Shown: positions 51,211-60,680 of the stretch, piece by piece | Layout of the letters: each line of letters opens with the position of its first letter | Position numbering within the stretch: position 1 is the first letter of the stretch | Virus record (IMG/VR): IMGVR_UViG_3300044699_000063 | Location: 3,050-67,049 of that record | Origin: a virus | Strand: one strand, 5' to 3' | Length of the DNA: 64,000 nt | The notes under the pieces: generated by a model | What the model saw: only the letters and a program-made list of their open reading frames with translations | Databases searched by the model: none | What the model was told of the DNA's origin: nothing | Position numbers and translations under genes: made by a program

Positions 51211-52622
51211 TGGCGGAACCGATCACACGCGTAGGCGCGGAACACCTCATTGGCGACGGCAAGGCGGACCAGTTCGCCATGTCCGAACAGACGTGGCAGC
51301 ACGAGTCGTGGAAGGCGTACGGCCGGGTCGGGGAGTACAAGGCTGCCGTCGAATGGATCGGCAACGGCCAGTCCCAGATCGCCGTCGAACCCCTCGAATG
51401 GAACGGGAAGGGGTGGGTGCCGGAGACCAACACGGACGCCCTGAAGGTTGCATCCCTGATGGGCGACCCCGCGACGGCCATGAAGCAGTGGGGCCGCGAC
51501 TCGGCTGTCGGCGGAGAGATGATGTGGTGCTTCGTCCGAGGAGGGTGGTCGGCGCACTCCCGCGACGAGGTTTTCGTCAACAACGGCCGGTTCTACCTGG
51601 ACGAATACGGCCAAGGGGTGAACGCAGCGGTCAGCCGTCGATCAACGCGCGACGTCGTCAAGACGATGCCACAGATCACCGATATGTACCGGTACTACCT
51701 ACCTTCAGCCCGCTTCACCGGGCTGGCTGACACCCCGACGTCGTCGTTCTTGGCTGACCTCACCCAGCTCTACCTGCTGCGGGAAGTGCTCAACGGCAAG
51801 CTGAACGCTCGACTGTGGATGAACGGGATCTGGACGTTCTCCCAGGCTGTGTCGATGCCCACCCAGCAGGGCCAGGGACGTCAGTCTTCGTTCCTCGCCC
51901 GGTTTAAGGCTCTGGTCACGCTGAACATGAAGCGTGAAGGCGGAGCGGCCGACGCTCTGCCGATCTTCTTGCAGGTCAACTCGAATGAAGTCGGTGAGGT
52001 GATCAAGCAGTTCTACCCCGAGGTGAAGATCGACGAACGGGAGGCCGAACTGCGCGCCGAGATTCGCAACACGCTGCGCGAGCTGTTCGATCTGCCGAAG
52101 GAAGCCCAGACGGGTCTTGGTGACTCGAACCACTGGGGTTCGTGGTCGATCATGGACGTCAACAACATCTACTCCCAGATGCCGCGCGCCCGCGCCTTCG
52201 TCAGCGCGCTGTCAGATACCTGGTACCAGGACCATCTCATCGAGGCCAGGGTTGCCGATCCGGGCAGCCATCGACTCGGGATCAACATCGCCGCCCTGAA
52301 GGGCGAGGCGTCCTCCGACGAGGCTCGCCAGGCGCATGATCGAGGCGTGGTCGGACCGGACGCCGTGCTCGCCGCTTCCCGGATGACCGAAGACGCCAAG
52401 CCGACCGACGACGAGTACATCCGCATGGTCGGGTGGAAGACGAACAACGTCGTGTTCGCCCTGCATGGCTACGACATCCCCGAAGAGGAATGGCAGCTCG
52501 CGAAGGAGATGGCGGGCAAGGCCGGTCGCCCCGGCAATGGTGGATCGGAGCCTGACCGGGCACCCGGAGTCGGTGATCCCGGCTCGCCCAACGACCCGAA
52601 CTCGGAAGTGAACCAGGACTGA
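51210..52622 (+). CDS. Portal protein
   Basis: WQHESWKAY..VGE, ADTPT, ARLWMNGI, LPIF, DLPKEAQTGLGDSNHWGSW. Confidence 0.88.
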   Translation: MAEPITRVGAEHLIGDGKADQFAMSEQTWQHESWKAYGRVGEYKAAVEWIGNGQSQIAVEPLEWNGKGWVPETNTDALKVASLMGDPATAMKQWGRDSAVGGEMMWCFVRGGWSAHSRDEVFVNNGRFYLDEYGQGVNAAVSRRSTRDVVKTMPQITDMYRYYLPSARFTGLADTPTSSFLADLTQLYLLREVLNGKLNARLWMNGIWTFSQAVSMPTQQGQGRQSSFLARFKALVTLNMKREGGAADALPIFLQVNSNEVGEVIKQFYPEVKIDEREAELRAEIRNTLRELFDLPKEAQTGLGDSNHWGSWSIMDVNNIYSQMPRARAFVSALSDTWYQDHLIEARVADPGSHRLGINIAALKGEASSDEARQAHDRGVVGPDAVLAASRMTEDAKPTDDEYIRMVGWKTNNVVFALHGYDIPEEEWQLAKEMAGKAGRPGNGGSEPDRAPGVGDPGSPNDPNSEVNQD

Positions 52623-52631
52623 CGAGTAGGG

Positions 52632-53114
52632 TTGGCGGTGATGAAGTTCGCGAACATCGACCCGCCTCGCGAGATGCTGGAAGTCGGGGTGTTCGGGGGC
52701 CATTGGAGCCAAGCTGAGGAGGGTGGCGCGATCGCCACGCTGTTCTGGCGGGGAGGTCCAGGCAGCCCCGACAAGAACGTGATCATCTACCACATCGAGA
52801 CACCGATCCGGCGATTCGGCCTCGGCACGCGACTGTTGTTGCAGCTGTGTGAATGGGCTGACGGGCGCGACCTCACGCTGTCGTGTGTCGTGGAAGACCC
52901 GAACCATCGCGGGTTCTTCAGCCGCTGCGGATTCGTCGCCGTGTCCAATTACGCCGGGGCTGTCGAGATGGCCCGCCGTCCGGGCACGAAGGGTGAGGCG
53001 CATTCGATGATCCAGACGAAGCGGCCCGAATGGGCGCATCGCACGGAGGCTTTCGAGCCTCTCGACCGAGTCCCGACACCTGAGGAGCTGACCCAAATTG
53101 TTCGCCCCCGGTGA
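52632..53114 (+). CDS. GNAT-family acetyltransferase
   Basis: RRFGLGTRLL acetyl-CoA-binding motif; GFFSRCGF. Confidence 0.7.
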   Translation: MAVMKFANIDPPREMLEVGVFGGHWSQAEEGGAIATLFWRGGPGSPDKNVIIYHIETPIRRFGLGTRLLLQLCEWADGRDLTLSCVVEDPNHRGFFSRCGFVAVSNYAGAVEMARRPGTKGEAHSMIQTKRPEWAHRTEAFEPLDRVPTPEELTQIVRPR

Positions 53115-53230
53115 GCGACGCGCTTCGGGCCGGGGGCACCCCCTACTGCATGAGAGCCGACCTGTCTCCCGTCGCCTGACGACAGCGTAGAAGCGCCTGT
53201 CCAGCTGAATGAACACCTGGTCAGGACCTA

Positions 53231-53259
53231 TTGTAAACGTTCACCATTTCTGTTAGGAT
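53231..53259 (+). promoter_or_regulatory. SigA-type leaderless promoter
   Basis: TTGTAA-N17-TAGGAT, 6 nt before GTG 53266. Confidence 0.7.
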
Positions 53260-53265
53260 TGACTC

Positions 53266-53874
53266 GTGATCTTGGCTGCTACACCTTGGGTCTCCAACGC
53301 CCATCTGATCGAAGACGTCGCCGCGCTGGGCTTCATCCGCCCCGGCGACATCGTGCTCGACCCCACCTATGGACGCGGAGGGTGGTGGCGCAGGTACCGT
53401 CCCGAACTGCTCATCCAGCGCGATCGCAAGACCCACCCCGAATGGGACTTCCGCAAGATGGACGAGTTCGACGATGGCTCCCTCCAAGTCATCGCCTTCG
53501 ATCCCCCGTACGTCTCGACGGGCGGACGCAAGACCTCGACGATCCCGGACTTCAACGACCGCTACGGCATCCCTGACGTCGCCCGCACGCCCATCGAAGC
53601 GCAGATCGCGATCAACCAAGGGATCAACGCTTCGAAGGCCAAGTTGTGCGTCGGGGGGACACTGCTCGTCAAATGCAAGAACTACATCTCGTCCGGGAAG
53701 CTGTTCCCCGGGGCGTACTACACCTGGCAGTACGCCACCGGGATCGGCCTACGCCTGGATGCGGAGTTCATCCACCTGCGTCACGGCGCGGGGCTTCAGC
53801 CGCCCGGACGCAGGCAGGTCCATCCCCGCAACAACACCTCGGTCCTGTTCGCCTTCCGCAAGGTGAGCGAGTGA
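53266..53874 (+). CDS. DNA amino-methyltransferase (N6-A/N4-C)
   Basis: VLDPTYGRG (SAM-binding), FDPPY catalytic motif, GGTLLVKC. Confidence 0.85.
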   Translation: MILAATPWVSNAHLIEDVAALGFIRPGDIVLDPTYGRGGWWRRYRPELLIQRDRKTHPEWDFRKMDEFDDGSLQVIAFDPPYVSTGGRKTSTIPDFNDRYGIPDVARTPIEAQIAINQGINASKAKLCVGGTLLVKCKNYISSGKLFPGAYYTWQYATGIGLRLDAEFIHLRHGAGLQPPGRRQVHPRNNTSVLFAFRKVSE

Positions 53875-54110
53875 TGCTGCCGTCCGCGTGCGCACGCATC
53901 TTCGAACCACAGCTGGACGAAGCGATCGCCTGGACGCTGATCGCCATCGCCGCGCTGGCCACAGTGCTCGCCGCTGCCTTCATCTACATCAAGGCGATGA
54001 CTCCGACGCAGCTGAACTTCGCCTACGCCATCGGCACCGCCAGCATCCTGATCGGCAGTGCCCTCATCTACCACGCTGCGTGGGTCGACTACCGGAGGTG
54101 CTGGCGATGA
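53874..54110 (+). CDS. Small membrane protein
   Basis: Two TM-like segments (AWTLIAIAALATVLAAAFIYI; FAYAIGTASILIGSALIY). Confidence 0.6.
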   Translation: MLPSACARIFEPQLDEAIAWTLIAIAALATVLAAAFIYIKAMTPTQLNFAYAIGTASILIGSALIYHAAWVDYRRCWR

Positions 54111-54271
54111 AGTGCTCGAACCCTGACTGTGAATCGGGATCGGTCGGCAAGGAGATCAAGTATCAGACGGCGGCTGGGCCGATCACCGAGATCGTCTGGT
54201 TCAAGTGCAAGGCCTGTGGGGGCACCGGCAACGCGCCGGAAGTCCCAGGCCAGATTCCGCTGTTCGGCTGA
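54107..54271 (+). CDS. Small Zn-finger protein
   Basis: KCSNPDC...CKACGGTG. Confidence 0.55.
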   Translation: MKCSNPDCESGSVGKEIKYQTAAGPITEIVWFKCKACGGTGNAPEVPGQIPLFG

Positions 54272-54639
54272 TGGGACGCCCGCGCGCCTCCCGTGATTCA
54301 TTGACGGTCGCTGTCGGCGCGCGCCTGACACCCGAGCAGATCGCCTGGCTGCGCAAGCGCGGCCCGTCTATCTCTGCGGAGCTACGCCGCTTGGTCGCGA
54401 CAGCGATCGCAGACGAAGTAGACCTCTTCGCCGATGTCCCGCCACTCCCATCCTTCAGGGAGCAGCAAGGTAGCGGTGAGGTCGACGGCGATTCGACCGG
54501 TGTACGAGTCGACACCAACCGCGCGGGGGATTGCCGCAGCGTCACAGACGGTGGCGCTGTCGCAGATGCCACAGACAGCGACGTGCTGGGTGCGGGGAGT
54601 CAGGGTTGTGGTCATGCCACGCATAGTGGACCACTATAA
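54271..54639 (+). CDS. Ribbon-helix-helix (CopG-like) regulator; true end may be earlier
   Basis: MGRPR..VAVGARLTPEQIAWL..SISAELRRLV. Confidence 0.55.
   Translation: MGRPRASRDSLTVAVGARLTPEQIAWLRKRGPSISAELRRLVATAIADEVDLFADVPPLPSFREQQGSGEVDGDSTGVRVDTNRAGDCRSVTDGGAVADATDSDVLGAGSQGCGHATHSGPL
54382..54615 (-). CDS. Small Zn-binding protein
   Basis: CGICD...PEGW..VCDRC; leaderless promoter TTTACG-N17-CACTAT. Confidence 0.55.
   Translation of the reverse strand: MTTTLTPRTQHVAVCGICDSATVCDAAAIPRAVGVDSYTGRIAVDLTATLLLPEGWEWRDIGEEVYFVCDRCRDQAA
54623..54637. promoter_or_regulatory. Palindromic operator candidate
   Basis: ATAGTGG-A-CCACTAT between divergent genes, overlapping the - strand -10 box. Confidence 0.5.
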
Positions 54640-54666
54640 AGCAAACGTAAACGAAAGGTCCAGCGA

Positions 54667-54879
54667 ATGAGTGACGGGATCATGGACGACCTCTGGGACT
54701 GCATCCATCGCGACCATCCTGACATGGGTGTCCTTCTCGGCGTGATCAGCGACTCGACCACCAATGCCGAGTTCTGGAAGCGCTTGGCCGACGAGTGCGG
54801 GAACTGGACGGTCCGTCACGTCTGGGAGGAACTGGTCCGGCTCCAGGACTACGGGTTCATCGAAAGGGACGCCGAATGA
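54667..54879 (+). CDS. Hypothetical protein
   Basis: RBS GAAAGG, 70 aa. Confidence 0.6.
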   Translation: MSDGIMDDLWDCIHRDHPDMGVLLGVISDSTTNAEFWKRLADECGNWTVRHVWEELVRLQDYGFIERDAE

Positions 54880-55253
54880 CGCTCGAACGCCGCAAGCCCA
54901 TCCGCAAGATGTCCAAAGCGCGCGCCGAAGCTGCAACGCCAACGCGCGCTGCCGTCGTGCGCAGGGTCGCGACGTCGAAGAAGTTCTGCCCCTGGCCCGA
55001 CTGCCGACGGCTCGGCACGCAGCCGCACGAAATCTGGACGCGGGCGCGCGCCTCGGATATTGAGCACTGCCTGACGTGCCCCGACAACATCGTGATGATG
55101 TGCGACGAGCACTACGAGTTCCCGCACCTCTACGAAGACATCGCCAAACCGCTCGGGTTGATCCGCAACTCATGGGACGGGTGTCCATGTGGTTTCCCCA
55201 CCCTCCCCGCGCCGCCGAACGTGATCGGCCGCATCGAGAGGATCGAAGACTGA
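54876..55253 (+). CDS. HNH endonuclease-like protein
   Basis: CPWPDC..HEIWTRAR..PDNIVMMCDEH. Confidence 0.7.
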   Translation: MTLERRKPIRKMSKARAEAATPTRAAVVRRVATSKKFCPWPDCRRLGTQPHEIWTRARASDIEHCLTCPDNIVMMCDEHYEFPHLYEDIAKPLGLIRNSWDGCPCGFPTLPAPPNVIGRIERIED

Positions 55254-55640
55254 TGGCTGACAACGTCACGATCAAGTTTCAGATGTTGATGCGCCGCAAG
55301 GGCTTCCCGGAGCGCGTGTACCGGATCGTCGCGACCGACGGCGATGTCACCTGGCTGCGTCCACGCGACCGCACGATGGACGACGATCTACTCATCCACC
55401 GCGTCGAACTCGACAAACAGTGGGAGCCGTTACGAGCCGCCGCCGTGCGACAACTGGGCTGCGATCTGCCGATGCGAGAATACGTTCGGCGAGTCGTTGA
55501 TCGAGATGACCTTGCAAGGCCAACATCTCTACATCCACCCGAGCCACGTCGCCCGGTTCTTCGCGCACCTCGACATGGTGATGACGCTCGACGAGAAGCA
55601 TGAAGCGTACGACGTGATGCGGATGCTCCGTCATGCCTAA
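55253..55640 (+). CDS. Hypothetical protein (frameshifted)
   Basis: TGATG-coupled; joined across frames. Confidence 0.5.
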
Positions 55641-55942
55641 GTACCGCGTCACCGAATCCGTCTACCTGGCGATCACTGCCGCGCGCGTCGCCGCTACGCA
55701 CGGACAGCTCAACGTCGGCCGACGACGTGCGCAAGATTCTCAGCGCCCTCGACTCCGCCGCTGAATCAGTGAAGCGCCGCGCCGAACACATCGGCCTCGT
55801 CAACGACTTCTTCACGCAGATCATCGAAGAAGGGCTGCTGCCCGACATGGCCCCAGGACTGCGCGACCGTCTCGCCGCGCTGCATCAGGAAGGCATCCCG
55901 CTGACGATCGACGACCTCGGACTGTCGAGGGACGAGTGGTGA
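55633..55942 (+). CDS. Hypothetical protein (frameshifted)
   Basis: MPKYRVTESVYL...VRKILSALDSAAES. Confidence 0.5.
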
Positions 55943-56209
55943 ACATGCTGACCCGACGCGGCACGTCGTACGTGCGTTCCCGTCGCCTACGTCGGTGTTG
56001 GGTGTGCCGTCTACCGACGCGTCTTATCGAGATCAACTTCGAAGCACCGCTGCATCGCTCCTGCACGAAGATCGCCGATCGTGGCTACTGGATGACGACG
56101 CTGATGGTGCGCGCCGGACTTCGGCAAGCGTCACCCGGTGCTCAACTGGCGGCTGTACCGGTTCCTCGGGCGAGTCGGGAAAGGGAAGTGATGGCAGCAT
56201 TCGGGGTGA

Positions 56210-56434
56210 TCATGCGCGTAGTTGCCGCAGCACAGCAACAAGCCGCGCGCCTTCCAGTGCGTCAGCAACGCGCTGCATCTGTTCTTCGGTCAAGGCACGC
56301 CAAGACGAAACGTCAATTTTCAGCAGCATCTCGGACAACTCGACGCGCTCGTTTCGATCCAGTCCCAAATCGGTCGCGGCCGCGTACGCCCGAATCCTGA
56401 GCGGCGACTGAGGCGCGTCGGGGTCTTCTGTCAT
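56210..56434 (-). CDS. Hypothetical protein
   Basis: LGLDRNERVEL..VSSWRALT, 74 aa. Confidence 0.6.
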   Translation of the reverse strand: MTEDPDAPQSPLRIRAYAAATDLGLDRNERVELSEMLLKIDVSSWRALTEEQMQRVADALEGARLVAVLRQLRA

Positions 56435-56469
56435 GATTTGTCCTCGTCATCTCCCTGATTTCAGGGTGT

Positions 56470-57821
56470 TCAGCGCTGTTTCAGCTTCAAAGCCCGCTTC
56501 TGAGCCGGTGAAAGCCACGATCCCTCCCAGTGATGCACGCAGAAGCACCACGGTTGGCTGATCGAGTGGTCTTTCGACGCCTTCGTGGCCTTCTCGGTGT
56601 AGTGGTACGGGTAGAACGCGCCCTGGAGGCAGCAGCAGCCAGTCCGCGTCGTCCGGGAAGCGTCGAGGTCGTCACACCAGGACCCGATTTCCACGCATCG
56701 CCGCCGTGTTCGAGTTCGTGGCGCGCCTTCTTCAACATGATCTCGACGGCCGGGTGTCCGGGTTCAGCTCCGAGCACCGCATCGGGAACGACCTTGGCGT
56801 CTTCCCACGCGGCGAAGCCCTGGTTGTGAATCAGCGGCTCCAGTGAGCGATAGGCTCGACATCTGAGTCGACATACACCCCGCCCCAGCGCCAGAGCGCT
56901 TCAAGACGGATCAGCCCGGCCTTCTGCGCGCCCGACTGACACTGTTCCCACAGGTCGCCGGTCTCCGGCCAGTCATTCGGATCGAGCGGGTCTCGATGGG
57001 TCATCAGCTCCCATCCGGGATGGAGTTGACGCCAGTGCTCCCACCAGTCATCCACCTTGCGGTCGACGCGTTCGGGGATCGTGCGGTGCAGGATGCGCGG
57101 GATGCGCGACGGTTCCAGTTCGGGATCGGGGTCATCGACGACGCCGGACATCACCCGCCGCAGTCCGTCCGGATCGAAGTGTGTGGCCTTGTATGCCTCT
57201 CCGCGTCGTTCGTTCGCCTGGAACGTCGGCTCTCGCCGGTTGTTCTCGTGACTGGTGCGATGGTGCATGTGCCAGATCGGCCCACCGATCTGAGCCATCA
57301 GTCCATCCCCGAACGTCTCGCAGGCGATACGAAAGGCAATGTCTTCCCATCCCCACCCGCGGAAGTTCTCGTCGAACCCTCCGACAAGGTCCCACAGTTG
57401 ATGGTTGACGACGACGGCCGAACTGCACGCGTTCTTGTAGGTGCGGCTGACCCAGCCCGGCTGTTGCCAGTTGCCGCGGAACCCGTTCATGATCTTCTGC
57501 GTTGCCCGGTCCGACAGCATGTGCTTGTCACTGAAGGCGAGCACCATTCGGTTCGACGTCGCCGCCAGCTGGACTGCTGTCTTCACTTGCTCGGGACCGA
57601 TCAACACGTCCGAGTCGATGATCACCGCCACGTCCCACGGCTCGGCCTTCGCCGCGGCGTCGTTGATCGCTGCGGAACGGTTGAACGGTCCGACGTCGTG
57701 GTTGCCTTCGACGATCGGCCAGTCAGGATGATCATTGGCCCACCATGCTCGGGCGAAGTCCCACAAGCGGTCGCGATCAGGGGATTCCGGCGCGGCGGGG
57801 AACAAGGATCACGACGTTCAC
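56470..57821 (-). CDS. Two-domain glycosyltransferase: GT2/GT7-like + GT32 (OCH1-like DxD) (frameshifted)
   Basis: FNRSAAIN, DSD, GGFDENFRGWGWED; then IPRILHRT, KAGLIRLEALWRWGGVYVDSDVEP, GPGVTT, AFYPY, HHWEGSW. Confidence 0.88.
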
Positions 57822-57847
57822 GGCCGAGAAGCTAGCGTGACGTCGCG
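57822..57847. promoter_or_regulatory. 26-bp bidirectional promoter candidate
   Basis: TAGCTT (-, 57829-57834) and TAGCGT (+, 57833-57838) overlap between divergent starts. Confidence 0.45.
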
Positions 57848-58444
57848 ATGCAGTTCACGTATCACGGTGTCGAGAAGACCGGGTTCTGCCACCTTTACAA
57901 CCTGACGTGGTTCAACGAACGCACGATCGAACTGGCAGTCGCCTTCGACTTCCTGGAAGGCCGCAAAGGCTCCGGGCTGGAGATCGGCAACGTGTTGGGG
58001 CACTACCGGCCCTTTACCCATCACGTCATCGACCGTTATGAACGGGCTTCGTGGTATCAGAAGCAGATCATCCACAACGTCGACCTCTTCGATGTTCCAC
58101 GGACAGTGGGATTGGGTCGTTTCAATCTCAACGATCGAACACATCCGCTGGGAAGAACCTGAACGCGATCCGCTCGGGCTCCATCGCCGCGCTCATCCAT
58201 CTGCGCACGCTGCTCGCACCGCGGGGGCGCGCCCTGGTGACGTTCCCTCTCGGCTACCACCCCTGGCCTCGACGAGATCGTGGTCGATGGACGGACGGGC
58301 GCTGAACGATGGACAACGTTGGTGCGCGCTTCGTCGGAAGAATGGATCGAAACCCCCGAACCGGAGATCATCCCATACGCGTCGCGAGACCAGTGGGCGT
58401 CTTCACTGTTCATCGGAGAGTTCAGCGCGCTTGCCGCACCATGA
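57848..58444 (+). CDS. Class I SAM-dependent methyltransferase (frameshifted)
   Basis: NERTIE, GLEIGNVL, DWVVSISTIEH, LLAPRGRALVTFP. Confidence 0.75.
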
Positions 58445-58529
58445 ACAGTGGACGGTGATCACCCCGTTGACCTTCTTGCGCGACGTGAACAGGTGCGGCA
58501 TCTGGCGTCCGTAGTGAGCCGAACGCCGG

Positions 58530-58781
58530 TTACACACCGGGCCAGCGCGCCCACAGTTCAACGCGTCGACCGTTGCGACGTTCCGTGGCCCGAGCGACCG
58601 CTTCGAACCCGTCCTTGCGTAGTTGAGCGCGGGTGTTCGAACAGCCGTCGTGAGTGGCGTAGCGGTTGATGATCATCCACTGACCGGGATGGTCCTGCAT
58701 CCACGCCCGCGCCCGTTGCACCCTGCCGGTGCCGGAGTTCGTGCGGCGCGGTGGAGGTGCGACCGTCTGCACTTCCTTCAC
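58530..58781 (-). CDS. Hypothetical protein
   Basis: HPGQW...FEAVAR..ELWARW. Confidence 0.6.
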   Translation of the reverse strand: MKEVQTVAPPPRRTNSGTGRVQRARAWMQDHPGQWMIINRYATHDGCSNTRAQLRKDGFEAVARATERRNGRRVELWARWPGV

Positions 58782-58929
58782 GCCTCGTCAGGATAGAGGT
58801 GGATCACCCACAGCATCTGCGATATGTGCGGTGGGGGGACGGTGGCGATGAACTCCTGCACGTCATGATCAGTGATCATCCCGACGCATCCCCGCCCAGT
58901 CGGGGCTGGACGCGAGGCGCATCGGACCG

Positions 58930-59208
58930 TCAGGCCAGGCGAGGACGCACGATCGCCACTTCGCCTTGCCGCGCAGAGACGCCCGCGTAGTAGATGTGGG
59001 CGTAGAGCATGAACGGCTCGGACCCGTACCGTCCTGATCGGATCGCGTCGGCGAACCCGACGGCCGCGCGAATCCCGCGTTCCTGCTCTGGGCTGAGCGG
59101 GCCGTCGATCGGGATGTCGGCAGGGCCGAGTGTGCGCTGGACCCGACGCAGCGCTGTGGCCTCGCGCTCGTACGGGTAGATGTCGCGAGCGACGTCGATG
59201 AGCCTCAT
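58930..59208 (-). CDS. Hypothetical protein
   Basis: RBS GGAGG; MRLIDVARDIY... Confidence 0.55.
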   Translation of the reverse strand: MRLIDVARDIYPYEREATALRRVQRTLGPADIPIDGPLSPEQERGIRAAVGFADAIRSGRYGSEPFMLYAHIYYAGVSARQGEVAIVRPRLA

Positions 59209-59384
59209 GTGAACAGCCTCCAAACGGCAAGGAAGGTGATGAGCGCGAGGAAGCCCTGAGCGCGACGATCTCGCCGCTGTCGGGCGCGCTGGCCTCGGAC
59301 CTTCTCGTAGATGGGGTCGGGGACGAACTGGGGCGAGCAGGCCACCGATGAGGAGCAGCCAGAGTGCAGCAACCAGGTCGAACA

Positions 59385-59585
59385 TCAGTCGATCCTCCAA
59401 GTCTTCGGGGGGTTGTCGTGGGCGTGACGGATGCAGGCGCGCACGACGGCAGATACGGACACGTCGTCCCCGGTCTCTCGCGCCAACTGCTCCGCTGTGG
59501 CGTGCAGGAAGGTGAGATGTGTCGGCAGCAGCGTGACGCTGGTCGGCAACATCTTCTTGTCGGTGGTCTTTCGTGGTCGCGGCAT
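59385..59585 (-). CDS. Ribbon-helix-helix-like protein
   Basis: MPRPRK..TSVTLLPTHL..SVSAVVRACI. Confidence 0.55.
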   Translation of the reverse strand: MPRPRKTTDKKMLPTSVTLLPTHLTFLHATAEQLARETGDDVSVSAVVRACIRHAHDNPPKTWRID

Positions 59586-59593
59586 CGTGCCTC

Positions 59594-60169
59594 TCAGTCG
59601 ATCGTGAAGGCGCAGATGCCCACGCCGTCGGGGTCGGTCCATTCGGTCGAGAAGTAGCGGTGGCGCAGTTCGTCGCACCACCGAACCACTCCCGGCTCGT
59701 GACGGTCGTAGTTCGGCCAGGTGTCGTGGAATGCAACGATCCCGCCTCTGGCCACGAACGGCATGTACGTCTCGAAATCCCGCCGGACCCCGTTGTATGA
59801 ATGGTCGCCGTCGATGAACACGAGGTCGAACGGCGCGCGCCGCGCGGCGACGGAGATCGGGTAGGGGGACATGGACGGGTAGGGACAGTCGACGAACCGG
59901 GGCGGGAGACCGAACCACTCCTGCCAATGGGGACGCGTGTGTCGGACGATCTCCAGTGGCGTCGGTTCATTCGGCGGCATGTCGATCGACGTCAACTCTT
60001 CGATGTGCGGCAGGTGAGACCAGTACCACAGGGTCCCGCCGTACAGCGGACCCGATCTCCAACACCTCTGGCGTGAGGGCGCGCCTGCGACGTACTCCCA
60101 CAGCGCACCCAGTTCGCGCAGGTTCTGAAGAGGATGAGCGGGAGACGGAGGAACGTCGGAGAAGTTCAT
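59594..60169 (-). CDS. Class I SAM-dependent methyltransferase (Methyltransf_24-like; 5' frameshift)
   Basis: VLEIG..GGTL, TSID, FDLVFIDGDHSY..D, GGIVAFHD. Confidence 0.85.
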   Translation of the reverse strand: MNFSDVPPSPAHPLQNLRELGALWEYVAGAPSRQRCWRSGPLYGGTLWYWSHLPHIEELTSIDMPPNEPTPLEIVRHTRPHWQEWFGLPPRFVDCPYPSMSPYPISVAARRAPFDLVFIDGDHSYNGVRRDFETYMPFVARGGIVAFHDTWPNYDRHEPGVVRWCDELRHRYFSTEWTDPDGVGICAFTID

Positions 60170-60254
60170 CAGTGGAAGTGCCCGCTGTAGAGGTACCAGA
60201 GCGCGACCCCAAGACCGGCCAACACACCGACGACGAACCCGGCGGCGAACGCGA

Positions 60255-60680
60255 TCATGCGAGTTGCAGGCCGAACTGCTGGTCGAGGACCGGGACAGTG
60301 CCGTTCTGCTTCAGCTTCCCGAACTCGGCGAGACAGAGGGTGTTGGGGGCTGACGCTTCGTTGCCGATGATGAGCGTCACCGTTGAAGGTGTGGACGAGT
60401 TCGCGACGACCTGGCGCTCGAAGTAGATGACGGGTGCTGTGTCGATCGTCGGGTGCACGCCGTCAACGGGACTCATGTCGAGGCAGCGAATCTGTGCGAC
60501 GTACGTGCCGCCCCCGGTCTTCGTCGTGTAGCTGAACGTGACCTGCTGCCCAGGGCTGTATGGCCCCGCGGTGACAGCCTCGAACGTCGTCGAGCCAGCC
60601 GCAGCGTGCGCCGGTTCGACGACGGCGATGAACCCGCAGATGGCGGAGATCGCCAGTAGGAAGGCAGTTCGCAGTTTCAT
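60255..60680 (-). CDS. Secreted beta-rich protein
   Basis: RBS AAGGAG; signal peptide MKLRTAFLLAISAICGFIAVVEPAHA. Confidence 0.7.
   Translation of the reverse strand: MKLRTAFLLAISAICGFIAVVEPAHAAAGSTTFEAVTAGPYSPGQQVTFSYTTKTGGGTYVAQIRCLDMSPVDGVHPTIDTAPVIYFERQVVANSSTPSTVTLIIGNEASAPNTLCLAEFGKLKQNGTVPVLDQQFGLQLA

Noticed and set aside
53266-53874. Restriction-modification system
   Set aside because: No adjacent restriction endonuclease is evident, and orphan methyltransferases are routine in phages.
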